A DNA stretch of 64,000 nt from the NCBI GenBank assembly GCA_963765895.1, contig CAVXZB010000042.1, positions 1 to 64,000 of the forward strand, read 5' to 3'. Below the pieces are notes generated by a model. The model saw only the letters and a program-made list of their open reading frames with translations, ran no database searches and was not told the DNA's origin. Shown here one piece after another: positions 24,260-35,878 of the stretch (positions within the stretch are counted from its first letter, which is position 1; each line of letters starts with the position of its first letter). The stretch is from an uncultured Nitrososphaeraceae archaeon (lineage in GTDB: Archaea; Thermoproteota; Nitrososphaeria; Nitrososphaerales; Nitrososphaeraceae). Made by a program: the position numbers and the translations under genes.

Positions 24260-25202
24260 CAGTATCATATTACTCCTATGCCGTTTTATTCACCTGAACA
24301 ATTTTCAAAATCTATGTACATCTTGTTGAGGTATCGCCGTAACGTTACAGGTTCTTACCTGGACTAGAAAACTATTATCTTAATCAAAATTAGATCTATT
24401 CTGTGCAAGTTCCTAACACATATCTTTATCACGAGGCTCAAAAACCTCGAATCGAGGTCTATATTGATCCCTCAAATTGGTATATATGTTCAAACTCAAT
24501 GATATGCTAATATGCTGCCAAGAGTACGTCTTTAATATTGAAGTTATAAAGCCTGCAAATATTAATCCAGAAATACACTATAACAGACTATTCTATAGCA
24601 AATAATTAAGTTGGTTTCATAGTTGAAATTATTCCCTGTGCTCGTAACACGTTTTATACCCTTGGATCCATGTTTGTTTTATATTCTCGATCAGATTCTC
24701 GAGCTCATAATGTCATTTAGATCATTTATGTTTTTCACACTTATATCAAGTGATTGAAGCTCATCTATTAGCCTTCCAATAAAAACCATCTCCTTACATC
24801 CATTGCAATGCGGCTTTTCCAACCAATAATGCAGATAGCCAAAATTCATTTGATAGAGTTAGAGAATACACTAAATATCTTTATTTTGAGCAGGGGTATA
24901 AAATATTCATCCTATACTATTTAACAACTTAATTCTTGGCGTCATGTTTTCAATTGATCTAACTGACTTGTACAAGTCTAATCGCCTACTGAATGTATTT
25001 AATTACCAGATAAATAAAAGAACGATTATAGCTTAGCTTAGTTTTTACTTAAACGTAGTTACAGCCACATTTAATCAATATTTATATCGCTTGACACTCT
25101 TTCATTTACAATTAAACCTGTTTCAGGTCTTCGGCTCAATCCTTCCTATACTTAATAACCTATCACTGATATCAATCCTTATCCTGCTAAGCCATGAAAT
25201 AA

Positions 25203-25343
25203 CTACGACTCTTCAATTCTAGTCGGTGGGAGGCTACCTGGATGACAATCACATTGACATTTTGGATATTCATAGTCATCTTTTTGTTCGACTGGGCATT
25301 CCTCATGCTGTCCATCTTCACAAGATTTTGAAATCCTGGCCAT
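25203..25343 (-). CDS. 46-aa Cys/His metal-binding microprotein
   Basis: MARISKSCEDGQHEECPVEQKDDYEYPKCQCDCHPGSLPPTRIEES* (C-x4-H-x2-C...CxCxCH). Confidence 0.65.
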   Translation of the reverse strand: MARISKSCEDGQHEECPVEQKDDYEYPKCQCDCHPGSLPPTRIEES

Positions 25344-25810
25344 ATTTAACAAATGCATTCTATTCTATTTATACGGTTACTGTGAACGAGCTATAAACTC
25401 CTCTTGTAATATTTTTCTTCCAACACAACTTTTAACTGCAGGATTTAATATGACGAGAGAACCTGGTCTGACCAAAGTTTTTTCTATGAAAAGCACTTTA
25501 AAAGACAAGATGAAGGTTGAGTGTAAGCACTGAAGACAAGTAGTGTTTAGGCATACATAACGAATAATATAGCCCGTATGTCCGAAATTAGGCAGAACGG
25601 GTTAGTTGTTTTGCCATACTTTCTCTAGATCATCTCGATGTACACTGCTGCATTTGATGCACTAGTTGAGCCATATTATTTAACAATATTTGACGATGTC
25701 GGATAATTTAATGATATGGTTTTTCGCGGGCAGATAATTCGGTGTTATAAAACCTTTCCCGTAACTGATAAATCCTATATGGTGAAGTAATGGATTGGTA
25801 AGGAAAAATA

Positions 25811-26902
25811 TTGTCCGATATAATTTCATGGGATAAAGCTATTGACAAAAAAGTCAAGTCTAAAGACGATAAGGATCTGGGTAAAATTCAATCTATAACC
25901 AATGAATATATTCAGACAAAGGATGGAACAATAAGTAAGAATTATTATTATATTCCCAAATACTATATGGAAGGATATGATGGAGATCATCTATGGGTAT
26001 CTCTTACAAAGGATGAAGTAAAGACTAGATTTGAAAAAGAAAATGCTCCTTCTTCAGTAGAATTTGAAACACCAGAATATAATGAAAGACGAACCACGGT
26101 ACAAAAACAGTATCCAGATTTTGCCACTAATATTCCCAGCTATACAACGACAGGTAGTAGTAGCGCTGCTCCAAGTTCACAAGGAAAACAACAACAACAA
26201 CAACAACAAGAAAATATGGTAGGCATGAGTTGGGATAATGTCATTGATAAAGAAGTCAAATCTGCAGATAAACAAGATTTAGGCAAAGTCGAAAGTATAG
26301 CTAAACACTATGTTGAAATAAAAGAGGGAACAATATCAAAAAAACATTACTTTATTCCAAAATACTATATCCAAGGATACGATGGACACAAGTTATGGGT
26401 TTCACTAACAAAAGATGAAATTAAACACAAGTATGAAAGAGAAAATCCTCCACTAGAATCAGAGTTTGAAACATCAGAATATCTAGAACATAAACGACAG
26501 ATGGATACCCAATATCCTCAATTCTTACATGGTATCCCATGGATGGCCAAAGAACCCGGAGTGGCATTACAGACACCTGTTACACATGAGCCGCTACACA
26601 TAGCCTGGGAACAGGTGGTACACAAGCGTGTCATGACAAGTGATACTATTGATATAGGTGATGTTGACCAAGTTGGAAATGGATTCATTGTAGTAAGACA
26701 GGGAGTAGCAAAGTCAACTCTATACTATATCCCTAAATCCTATATTGACAACTACGATGGGAGTTGCTTGTACGTAGCGGTACCAAGTGGATTAGTTGCT
26801 GCCAAGTTTGCAAGAGATACTGACCCTACACCAGAAGAGTTGGAAAGATTAGGACAAGAAAAGCCTGGTAAATCTACTGCTGGAAGTACTGTAACAGAGT
26901 AG
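25811..26902 (+). CDS. Protein with three tandem PRC-barrel/DUF2171-like repeats and a poly-Gln linker
   Basis: Three copies of W..vi.K.V.s.D..DlG.v......G..K..Y.IPK.y...YDG..L.V. Confidence 0.8.
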   Translation: MSDIISWDKAIDKKVKSKDDKDLGKIQSITNEYIQTKDGTISKNYYYIPKYYMEGYDGDHLWVSLTKDEVKTRFEKENAPSSVEFETPEYNERRTTVQKQYPDFATNIPSYTTTGSSSAAPSSQGKQQQQQQQENMVGMSWDNVIDKEVKSADKQDLGKVESIAKHYVEIKEGTISKKHYFIPKYYIQGYDGHKLWVSLTKDEIKHKYERENPPLESEFETSEYLEHKRQMDTQYPQFLHGIPWMAKEPGVALQTPVTHEPLHIAWEQVVHKRVMTSDTIDIGDVDQVGNGFIVVRQGVAKSTLYYIPKSYIDNYDGSCLYVAVPSGLVAAKFARDTDPTPEELERLGQEKPGKSTAGSTVTE

Positions 26903-27160
26903 CCTACTGGTTACGTTACCAGAGGTAAAGTAAAATTGCGTAAACTTTTTTTACTAAAACATTACACCTTCAAATATAGATATGATGTCAATAGGTATAT
27001 ACGATATGAGGATTGTATTATTCCTGTCACAGGACATGGAATACGAACGCTCTGAAATATCCAATAATCTTTTTGAAGATAATATAAAATAATGTTACTT
27101 TCATTTTCATCATAAAATTGAATGGCTAATCGCTAAATACTATTGTGCTCAAGATAGGAT

Positions 27161-27340
27161 ATGGTGTTAGGTATGTTATGGACCATCGTAACCATAATAG
27201 TAGTTATAATTATCATAATAGTCCTACTGAAGGTAGTCTTTGCAATAATAGCAATCGGTCCTCTCGCAATAGAACAACAACAGCAAGAATTACACATAAT
27301 GACTAATATGTTAACACATACGTTGCCGAGATTCTGGTAG
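27161..27340 (+). CDS. 59-aa membrane protein, paralog 2 (not in the ORF track)
   Basis: MVLGMLWTIVTIIVVIIIIIVLLKVVFAIIAIGPLAIEQQQQELHIMTNMLTHTLPRFW*. Confidence 0.8.
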   Translation: MVLGMLWTIVTIIVVIIIIIVLLKVVFAIIAIGPLAIEQQQQELHIMTNMLTHTLPRFW

Positions 27341-27474
27341 TTAGACTTTACGGTAGGTAAGACTATATAAGGAGGAAATTACTGGCTATGTCTCTAATAT
27401 TATCTCAAAACTAAAGATATTAAATATAGTTGTACATTAAATAATAGTTTGCACACCAAATAATAATGACTAGG

Positions 27475-27576
27475 ATGATCTCTAATTGGTTCGTGGCTTT
27501 AGGATTTCTTTGGGTTATGCTGGCAAGTGCCAGTGTGGCTACCACATTTCTTGGTGCTATTTTGTCAGCAGGATAG
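27475..27576 (+). CDS. Possible 33-aa hydrophobic peptide
   Basis: MISNWFVALGFLWVMLASASVATTFLGAILSAG*; no charged residues. Confidence 0.35.
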   Translation: MISNWFVALGFLWVMLASASVATTFLGAILSAG

Positions 27577-27981
27577 ACGAGCCACACTCTACGAAATCAG
27601 GTTAAGTTTAATTCTTGATATTATGTCTTATATTTTTGTAATCCAGTAAATAAAGGTCTGTAAAGTAGGACTAATTGCATTTAAATGCTCTATCTTATAG
27701 TCACAATATTCGTAACCTTCTCCAAAGATTCAAAAAGATCTAGGCTAATTATAATTTGATTAAAAAGCTTCACAAGTCTATGGCTGAGAGCAATAATGGG
27801 GATAAACTCGATCCTAACAATATTAAACATGTCATAATCAATATACCTCAGATTATTCTTGAATGTTATGGTAATGGGATAGATAGTATCTGCACCTGTT
27901 AATCGCATGGATAATTAGAATAGAACAATTCAACTACCAATTTATATCAAGGACCATTATTTTTAACAATATACAAAATAA

Positions 27982-28953
27982 ATGCAGACTAGTATTGCAT
28001 ATAATGACAATGAAGTAAAACAATCTGGTACCAAAGAAGATATCAATAAGGGTTACAAGCTTTGGCTCGATGTAGTTGACCCAACATCATCTGAAATACA
28101 GGATATACAACAGATGTATGGTTTAGATAAAAATACTTTAGAAATATTTACCAGTAAATCAAAGAAGCCACAAATTCGTATGTCAAATGCTCAAATATTT
28201 ACATTGATTCTAGATATAAAGTATAAAGATCTTAGGACACTAGCAACGGAAGCGTTGTATATATTCAAAGGTAAAGACTGGTTGATAACTATTCATTCTT
28301 CTAAGGTGGACCTGATACCAAATGTAAATGCGTTGTTTGAGCAAAAGAACGTAAGAATTATGGAGGCGACTATTGATGCCCTTTATTATAGTATTATGAC
28401 CGAAGTTATAGGCAAATACGAACAATTATTGACATCGATCGAGATGACAGTAACTAATTTTGAACAAAAGTCATTGTATAAACCATCCCGAAAGATGCTT
28501 GATTATCTTGATACACTGTCTCGGCAAATAATAATTCTAAGAAGACACTTCTGGCATACTAGAGACATTATTAACTATTTGAAGCATATGGAAAAGGACA
28601 CTGAAGAAATAATGTATATTGAGATTGCTTACGATAACATAACTCAATTAATAGAATTAGTAGAATCATATCGTGATACTTTAAATTCTACTAGGGATTT
28701 ATACATTGCAAATGTGTCTTTACAGATGAATGATACAATGAGGCTTTTGACACTATTTTCAGCAATATTGTTACCATTAAGCTTTATTGTCGGTTTATTT
28801 GGCATGAACGGAATTGATCTAAACGATCTCAGTCATATTTCTGTCGGCGTAATAACAGTTGCAATAGTCATGAGTGCAATAGTTCTAGTTATGTTCTTGT
28901 ATTTTAAGAAGAAAGAATGGATCTTGCACAAGGAACAAAATATTGATCAGTAG
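27982..28953 (+). CDS. corA: CorA-family Mg2+/Co2+ transporter
   Basis: LWLDVVDPT, MNDTMRLLTLFSAILLPLSFIVGLFGMN signature, two C-terminal TM helices. Confidence 0.92.
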   Translation: MQTSIAYNDNEVKQSGTKEDINKGYKLWLDVVDPTSSEIQDIQQMYGLDKNTLEIFTSKSKKPQIRMSNAQIFTLILDIKYKDLRTLATEALYIFKGKDWLITIHSSKVDLIPNVNALFEQKNVRIMEATIDALYYSIMTEVIGKYEQLLTSIEMTVTNFEQKSLYKPSRKMLDYLDTLSRQIIILRRHFWHTRDIINYLKHMEKDTEEIMYIEIAYDNITQLIELVESYRDTLNSTRDLYIANVSLQMNDTMRLLTLFSAILLPLSFIVGLFGMNGIDLNDLSHISVGVITVAIVMSAIVLVMFLYFKKKEWILHKEQNIDQ

Positions 28954-28961
28954 TGATTATA

Positions 28962-28994
28962 GAGCGACATAGTCAGAGCAACGATATGTCGCTC
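28962..28994 (+). terminator. 10-bp stem hairpin just after corA
   Basis: gagcgacata (28962-28971) pairs with tatgtcgctc (28985-28994); terminator role is inferred. Confidence 0.45.
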
Positions 28995-29511
28995 AACTTT
29001 GCTAGTGGTAATTCATCTATTTTGGCCACTGCGTATGTACGATCTTGCCTTCATTTATTACTGTCTCAATCTTGTTTGTATTATATTTCTAGTGAGATTT
29101 AGTACTAAACTATTTGTTGTGTTTTGAAGATACGAGAGAATTTTTGTTTCGGTCAAAATATTTGACTGCGTTACTTACATTGTCTATCTTGTTACCATCA
29201 ATAACGATAGCTGAATTATGCACTGAAGATTTGGTAGTGCTATCTTTTAGGCCAGCTCACTCAAGAATTGTAATTCTTTTTTGTTGTATGTGTTGTTATA
29301 ATATATAGGAAATTCTTTACTTGTGTGTTATAGTCCCAGAAGCATCTAGCAGGCCTCATGTCTCAGAATAGTTACTAGTATACCACTGTTTAGAAGGGAT
29401 ACCACTAGAGTAAAGGCTGCAAAGTCATAGATAGTATTACGAAAGAGTTTACCCATTGGCATCTTCTGCTTTTTCATCAGATATATCGACCTATCAAAAA
29501 TTTCGAATATT

Positions 29512-29649
29512 TCAACAGAGGATTATATTAGTAGGCTGTATCTCAAAGTCCCCACAATAAGGACAATATCTAGGCCTACTTTTAGTTGAAATATTGATTA
29601 CCTGAAATTTAATTTTACAATGATTGCAAGAAAATGTTATTGCATTCAT
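29512..29649 (-). CDS. 45-aa zinc-ribbon microprotein
   Basis: MNAITFSCNHCKIKFQ...RYCPYCGD (CxxC...CxxC). Confidence 0.6.
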   Translation of the reverse strand: MNAITFSCNHCKIKFQVINISTKSRPRYCPYCGDFEIQPTNIILC

Positions 29650-30020
29650 TATACCAAAACATATTGGCAAGTATAGTAATAAAGATTGATATTCCACATA
29701 GCATTTAAATAATTTTTAAATTAGAAACCAGATATTATCTGGTGTTCAAAAATTGATGGATTGGATGAATCAGCACATTCTTCAAATATACCTGACTCAA
29801 GGATTCAAACCCTTTACTACATTATCTATTATAAAGAACAAGTTCAGATGATTCAGCTCCTGCATCTGTCTATTGAATAGAAATTAAAAATTCTATAATA
29901 ATACAATTAGATTGTCGTGGGTAGACTCATATACTAGTCAATGTCGACCTGACCATAGAGAATAAAATGCTTATCGGACTAATGTTTTAAAGAGCTCAAA
30001 AAATAGGAGGAAAAATAAAT

Positions 30021-30215
30021 TTAAGAACTTTTTATGAGTTTGCGGAAATGATCTTTATTTTTGGATACTTCTTCGTCCCAAGTCTGCTCATTATATCCAT
30101 GGACTTCGACACCGTGCTTTTTTGCATTTTGTAATAACTCTTCTTCGGTTTCACCATACATAGTATGTGTACAAACGGGATCGCCCGCATCCTTACAGTT
30201 CAAGCTTAGAGTCAT
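30021..30215 (-). CDS. DUF1059-like small metal-binding protein
   Basis: LNCKDAGDPVCTHTMYGETEEELLQNAKKHGVEVHG. Confidence 0.85.
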   Translation of the reverse strand: MTLSLNCKDAGDPVCTHTMYGETEEELLQNAKKHGVEVHGYNEQTWDEEVSKNKDHFRKLIKSS

Positions 30216-30274
30216 TAAAGAGTAATAATCTATCCAGGAGTTAAGCTTTACGCTTTGTGGGAGAACTATACAGT

Positions 30275-30620
30275 TTAGTGTTGTACCTGAGTTCCGTCGA
30301 CTCTTCCAAAGAAAGATAAAGGCATGATCCCTCGAGCTTTTAGTTGCCGAGGGGCAGACAAGAGGTCGTTAATTCCTGTCACCTCAAAGGCCGCATGAAG
30401 AGTCATATCTATTGGTGGTGCAGTATCAACTGACCATGCATAGCTTCTAATGTCTAGAAGAATAATAAGAAGGGTCACCTATTCAGAAGAAAGCAGTACC
30501 ACTCTCAGGTGCCTTAAAGTGAGATAACGGCCTACTACATCACGGTAGAAGATGATAGACAGATATCTGAAGATTACTTACAGTCAGATGCGCCTTAAAA
30601 AATTCGCATAGTGGAACAAG
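30275..30620 (-). pseudogene. Degraded VOC/glyoxalase-family gene
   Basis: Fragments AHLTVSNLQIS..FYRDVVG, GTAFF*IG, LHAAFEV..DLLSAPRQLKARGIMPLSFFG in shifting frames. Confidence 0.55.
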
Positions 30621-30665
30621 TCTATTTCTTGTAATATACTCATACCAAGTACTTAAGCTCGTTTG

Positions 30666-31262
30666 TCATTTCTGTGTCTTAAATGACTTTAGCCATTCCA
30701 TATATAACTGAGTTAGCTTGGGTGAGGAATCCTTAATCATTGTAAGTATTTTATGATGAAACAGTATACGTGCTAATACTAAATCGTATTCAAATGACAA
30801 ATAATTCAAATATGATTCAACAATTTTATTTGCTACTTCAATTACTGGAATAATTTGTTCTTTGGAGACTATGCCATTTTTAGAATACTCTTCAATCAAA
30901 TCCACCTGATTTTTCACCAAACTATTACAAGAGCCTAGCATGTCATATTGCAGATTTGCAGTGGCCTGTAGATATTCAAACTGCTTTTTATTTATCTTGC
31001 TATATATCATAGAACAGGTTTTAGAAAATGTTTGCAAAGCATCTTCCTTACTATCAACGGTATTATTCTGATCATCACTAATTGCTGTCGACAAATGTAT
31101 TTTACTCTCATACATTTGCATTTCCATCAAAAAAACCTTTACATTAATTAGCTTACAGAGTAAATCTGTCAGATGACCTAAACCATATGATACCTTCATC
31201 AAGCGAGTTTGTTGTTGACACATTTCTGATATTCTTGCAGATATAATTGTCATAGTTATCAA
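30666..31262 (-). CDS. Hypothetical helical protein (start probably internal)
   Basis: Long ORF with helical Q/N/K/L-rich composition. Confidence 0.5.
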   Translation of the reverse strand: MITMTIISARISEMCQQQTRLMKVSYGLGHLTDLLCKLINVKVFLMEMQMYESKIHLSTAISDDQNNTVDSKEDALQTFSKTCSMIYSKINKKQFEYLQATANLQYDMLGSCNSLVKNQVDLIEEYSKNGIVSKEQIIPVIEVANKIVESYLNYLSFEYDLVLARILFHHKILTMIKDSSPKLTQLYMEWLKSFKTQK

Positions 31263-32011
31263 TCATCCTTTCTTACCATAAGTACACATAAGTTCTAGAT
31301 ATAATCTGTCATCCACCACAATTAAATAGATAAAATTTGTTCATTTCTATTTGTTATTACTTGATTAGTCTATTCGTTATTTCTATCTACATTTAGACGC
31401 AATGAACATGATGTTATTTATCTTTATGATTTACTTTCATGCCTAATGCAAATTACAATTGGAGGAAATATGCCCAATTTGGATACCGGGACGGCAGGAC
31501 TCATCTTTGCAGGCACAATATGCACTCTCTAAAATGATTGGAGAATTTGCGTCCTTGCAGACAGTAAGAAGACAGGTAGTGGCGACGCCAACTGACTTTT
31601 AACAATAGACATCAGTCTGTCTAAAAAATGCATAGTTCGAATTATCCTTCATCGTCATATAGTTACAGGGCTTTCCATCACCAGTGAACTAATAAATAAT
31701 AGACAATAAAAATAATCTAACCATTTATTAATCAATTGAGGTACAGGTATACTTAGCTTCTGAACCCCGTGGTTTTCGAGATGCGAATTTCATCCTTTGT
31801 CAAACTGATAGCTGCCTCCATAGTATATGTACGAGAATTAGGTCTTGATAAGAGAACATACTCATCAGATGATTTACTATACATATCCACATCATTGCTA
31901 AAGCTAAACTATTAGCTGGGTAGCGAATAATATACAAAAAGGATGAATAAAGCTAACCCTTATCGACAATCTAACAATTAATAAATATCATTAGCTATAA
32001 TATTCAGCAAG

Positions 32012-32236
32012 ATGAAGTTTATAATAGAAGGTCAACACAGGGATCATGAATTCAAGCTAGTAGGATCTGTTAATGGATTTCATCTGGAATTGAATAATCG
32101 TGTCATATTGTACGCGGACAACATAGAAAAAGATGGATGTGTAACAATTGACGAATCAGCCTTTTACAAGATGGACTCAATTAATAAGAAATCGCATGAT
32201 TACCATATTAAGGATTTACAAACATACGGTAATTAA
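32012..32236 (+). CDS. Hypothetical protein
   Basis: 74-aa ATG ORF preceded by TAAATA ~30 nt upstream. Confidence 0.5.
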   Translation: MKFIIEGQHRDHEFKLVGSVNGFHLELNNRVILYADNIEKDGCVTIDESAFYKMDSINKKSHDYHIKDLQTYGN

Positions 32237-32956
32237 TTAAGATAAGCCTGTACCATTTACTGTTAGCGTTAACACGAAATATGAATAACCGCTCGCTTAG
32301 TCTTGAAAATAATAATTAATATATTCTAACTTTTCATGTTCAAGCCATTATGGGGTAAAGGATTATTGAGTCATTTGATGAGAATATTTTTAAAAAATAT
32401 GCGTACAGATTATAAATATCATAAGATCCATGGACTAGACAGTTGATCTTACAACTCACTTCATTAGGAACCGATGACCAATTGATCAATAAATAAATGA
32501 ATAAAAGACCAACTTCCATAAACGTATTGGTATGTACTTCGGCTTTCTTGATGTATATATGAACGCATGAAAGATTTACTAGAAATATTATTCTAATTTT
32601 AATGCGGTTGCTACTAGAATCAGATTTGATATGTTATAATAGGATATGTTAATTACATATGGATCCTCTTCATGCCTTCGCCAGCCTCAAGATTAATTTC
32701 TATAATCCATTAATTTTTGATAAGCCCAAACGGAATTTTTCTGTTATAGGTGGTCCGGAAACAAATAAAAATATGAAAATATATTTTTTCAGCCCAAGAA
32801 AATCGATTATGGAATATTATTATATACTTTCGTCATTACTGGCCCCTTGTTTATTACTAAACATAAACAAATGAAGAACTCTTAAAGCATATAGGAAGTA
32901 ATGTGTAGTGGCCGTGAAAATTATTAATCGGTATGCCTATCAGATAAGTAAAGAAG

Positions 32957-34258
32957 GTGTCTTCTCTTAAAAAAATGGCATATCAACAAAACCAGTATTT
33001 TATACTGGCAATAATTGTTGCTCCCGTAGTAGGAATAGCACTCTTTTCATATCAATATTCTACTTTTACTTCTCACAAAATTGTTGATATATCTCTACAG
33101 GATGTAAAATCAGAGACCAGAATTGAAGCACACGACATTTCACAAATATTTACAAACAAGATACAAACTGTTGACACTCTTTTACAAACACTTGTTGATG
33201 CTCCTGCCATACATAACAATGAATACAAAAGAGCGAACATTATTATTGATAATAGACAACACTCTTCAAGTGATATTACTGACTTTTACATGTGGCTTAA
33301 TAAAGATGGCAAAATAAATTGGATAAGCAATATTAATGAAAGTAGCTATCAAAAATATAATGGAAAAGATCTAAGTTTTAGACCATATTATACTATTCCG
33401 AAAAAAACTCACACAGTATACTACAGTAGTTTGATAGAATCGAATGACAAGATTCCCAGACTTTACATATCATATCCTGTCATCAATAGGACTGGCATTG
33501 GTAGTGATAACGGGATAGTTACCGGTGTAGTAGTTGCTTCAATTAGACTCGATAGTTTGGGTAACTTCTTGAAAAACCAGTTATTTCCGCAATTTAATAG
33601 TACTATAGGATTATTGGACAAAAATGGAATAATTCTATACACTACTGGTGCTCAGCAATACGTAGGAGAATATATTTTTGGCAATAAATTTCAATCTGTT
33701 CTCTCATCTCTGTTACACCCTCCTGAATCGAAGAGTCTCCTAAATGACTTGATAAAGGATTCGTTGCAAGGAAATACAGGCTCTAGAGATATTCCCATCA
33801 ATGGTAAAATGAGCACTATTGCATATCAGCCTGTAGTAGTTAACGGTAAGGACTTTCTAATTTAGTATGTTAGTGCACAGCAGAACCTTGCAAGTTACGT
33901 AAGTGCATTAATTAATCAACAGCAAGCCTTTATAGTATCGATTGTAGCAGTTATAAGAGGAGTAGCATTTATCATTGTGTTCTTAGTTTTCTCATGGAAT
34001 AAGAGATTGAAGACGATTGTAAATGCAAGAATAGGTGAGTTAAAAATAGCAAATGATTCTTTAGCAGAATCTAATCAACAGCTTGTACTAGCTAACCAGC
34101 AATTGAAAATCCATGATAAAATGCAAAATGAATTTATCAATATAGCAAGCCATGAAATGAAGACGCCTTGGGCTTTGAACAACCATTCTTTAGATGAAAA
34201 TGGTGGCAGAGGAGCTGTATTTACCTTCAGTATCCCATTAAGCCAAGAGGCGAACTAG
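32957..34258 (+). pseudogene. Cache-domain membrane histidine kinase, inactivated
   Basis: TM plus Cache motifs (DLSFRPYY, LYISYPV); in-frame TAG at 33863; H-box IASHEMKTP runs directly into the terminal GAVFTFSIP, so most of the ATPase domain is deleted. Confidence 0.8.
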
Positions 34259-34270
34259 TTCTCTATAGAT

Positions 34271-34715
34271 ATGGCCACAAATAACAACAACGACGATAAC
34301 AAATAATAATAATAATAATAGGATACTACTAGTAGACGATGAGATCGATATTACAATTGTTTATACCCTGGGTCTTCAGGATCATGGTTTTAAGGTTGAT
34401 GCTTTTAACGATCCCATACAAGCCTTATCAGACTTTAAGAGTGGCTCCTACGACTTCGTGCTTATAGACTATAAAATGCCAAAAATGAATGGATCAAAGC
34501 TATATCAAGAGATAAGGAAGGCAGATACCAAAGTTAAGATCTGCTTTATCACAGCATTTGATGTATATCATGGAGAGATGAAGAAAGAACTTCTGAATGA
34601 TTTGAATATGCTGCATCAAGATAAAGAAGAAAGACTAGATGCAGAATGCTTCATTCAAAAGCCCATCGATATAGACGAGTTAGTAAAACGAATAAAGGTA
34701 GAATTGAATTCATGA
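34271..34715 (+). CDS. Stand-alone response regulator receiver (frameshift in poly-Asn N-terminus)
   Basis: RILLVDDE...YDFVLIDYKMPKMNG...ICFITA...IQKPID. Confidence 0.8.
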
Positions 34716-34784
34716 TATTAATAACATGTATATTACTGGTTACCAGTAATGTTGCTGTTACTGTTAGTGGAGGAGTAGATGTTA

Positions 34785-35180
34785 ATGACAAGTCATGACA
34801 ATCGTACTATAACAAGAATATTGCTCGCCGATAACGAACCTGATTACACTTCAATTTTAAGTATGGGCCTAGAAGGCGAGGGTTTTAAAGTTGATGCATT
34901 TAATGATCCCTGCGGTAGCACTCAATAATTTTAGACCTAACTGCTATTCTTTGGGAATTCTTGATATTAATATGCCCTAAAATGAATGGATATGACTTGA
35001 ATAAAGAAATATGGAAATTGGACAATCCGATAAAGATATGTTTCATGACTGCATCTGAACTATATAATACCTTAACGATCCTACCAGAGGAAATATGGCG
35101 TTATACTAAAATGGTTTATATCAAAGCCTATAGATTTAGATAAGATAGTAAAAGAAATAAGGAAAGAATTGGCTCTATAA
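34785..35180 (+). pseudogene. Second receiver-domain gene, frameshifted
   Basis: RILLADNEPD...FKVDAFNDP / PKMNGYDL...ICFMTA / IKPIDLDKIVKEIRKEL in different frames. Confidence 0.7.
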
Positions 35181-35878
35181 CTAAAGTATCCGAATTTGCT
35201 AGGTCTATAAAAGCTCTTGAGACAGAGTATTAGATGAGACCTTCATTGTCACGAATTGTGGCAGCATTTCAGTAATATAGGCAAGGGCCTGACGGAGTGT
35301 TTACTGCCAAACTCCTGTCTTCAATATCCAAGATTGCAGCAGCGTGCCGGCGATGCCGGTGAGAAGACTACCTTTGGAGAATTGCAGGTATCGAAGCCCA
35401 TGAGACCCCATCCTCATCTTGTTCTTTCATACTACTGGTTGCAGCATGTCAGAGCTGCCGGCGACTGACCTGAGTCGAGCAGGGCTCACTTTACTTGCAA
35501 CAAATTGTAGCTTCGTCGGCGATGCCCACGATGGACCCTCGGAATTGACTGACTCTAGCAGTCATTACTACTTTAACGACATGATTATGAAATTGCATTA
35601 TAAGACCGCTCGTAGAGTCAGTCAAGTGCTCTACTAAAGTCACCTTTAGCTCAGCGTGGTAGTTGACTAGTTTGTTAATTTTATCCTCGGAACTAGGAAT
35701 ACCAAAATGTTTAGGTCTGAAATAACTATGTAAAGGGGGTTTTGAAATCGTTTATATCAATTATTGCACAGACATAACTTTGAACAATAGAGTGTTTGAA
35801 AAGAACAATCATATCTTGGCTGTATATACTAATAAAGATAATGAACTGGAAGATGCTTTGCACTTTTTAAAAATTGGT

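Noticed and set aside
24067-24297. 76-aa Cys/His-rich ORF from the track
   Set aside because: Alternative frame of the membrane microprotein 24086-24259, which has paralog support
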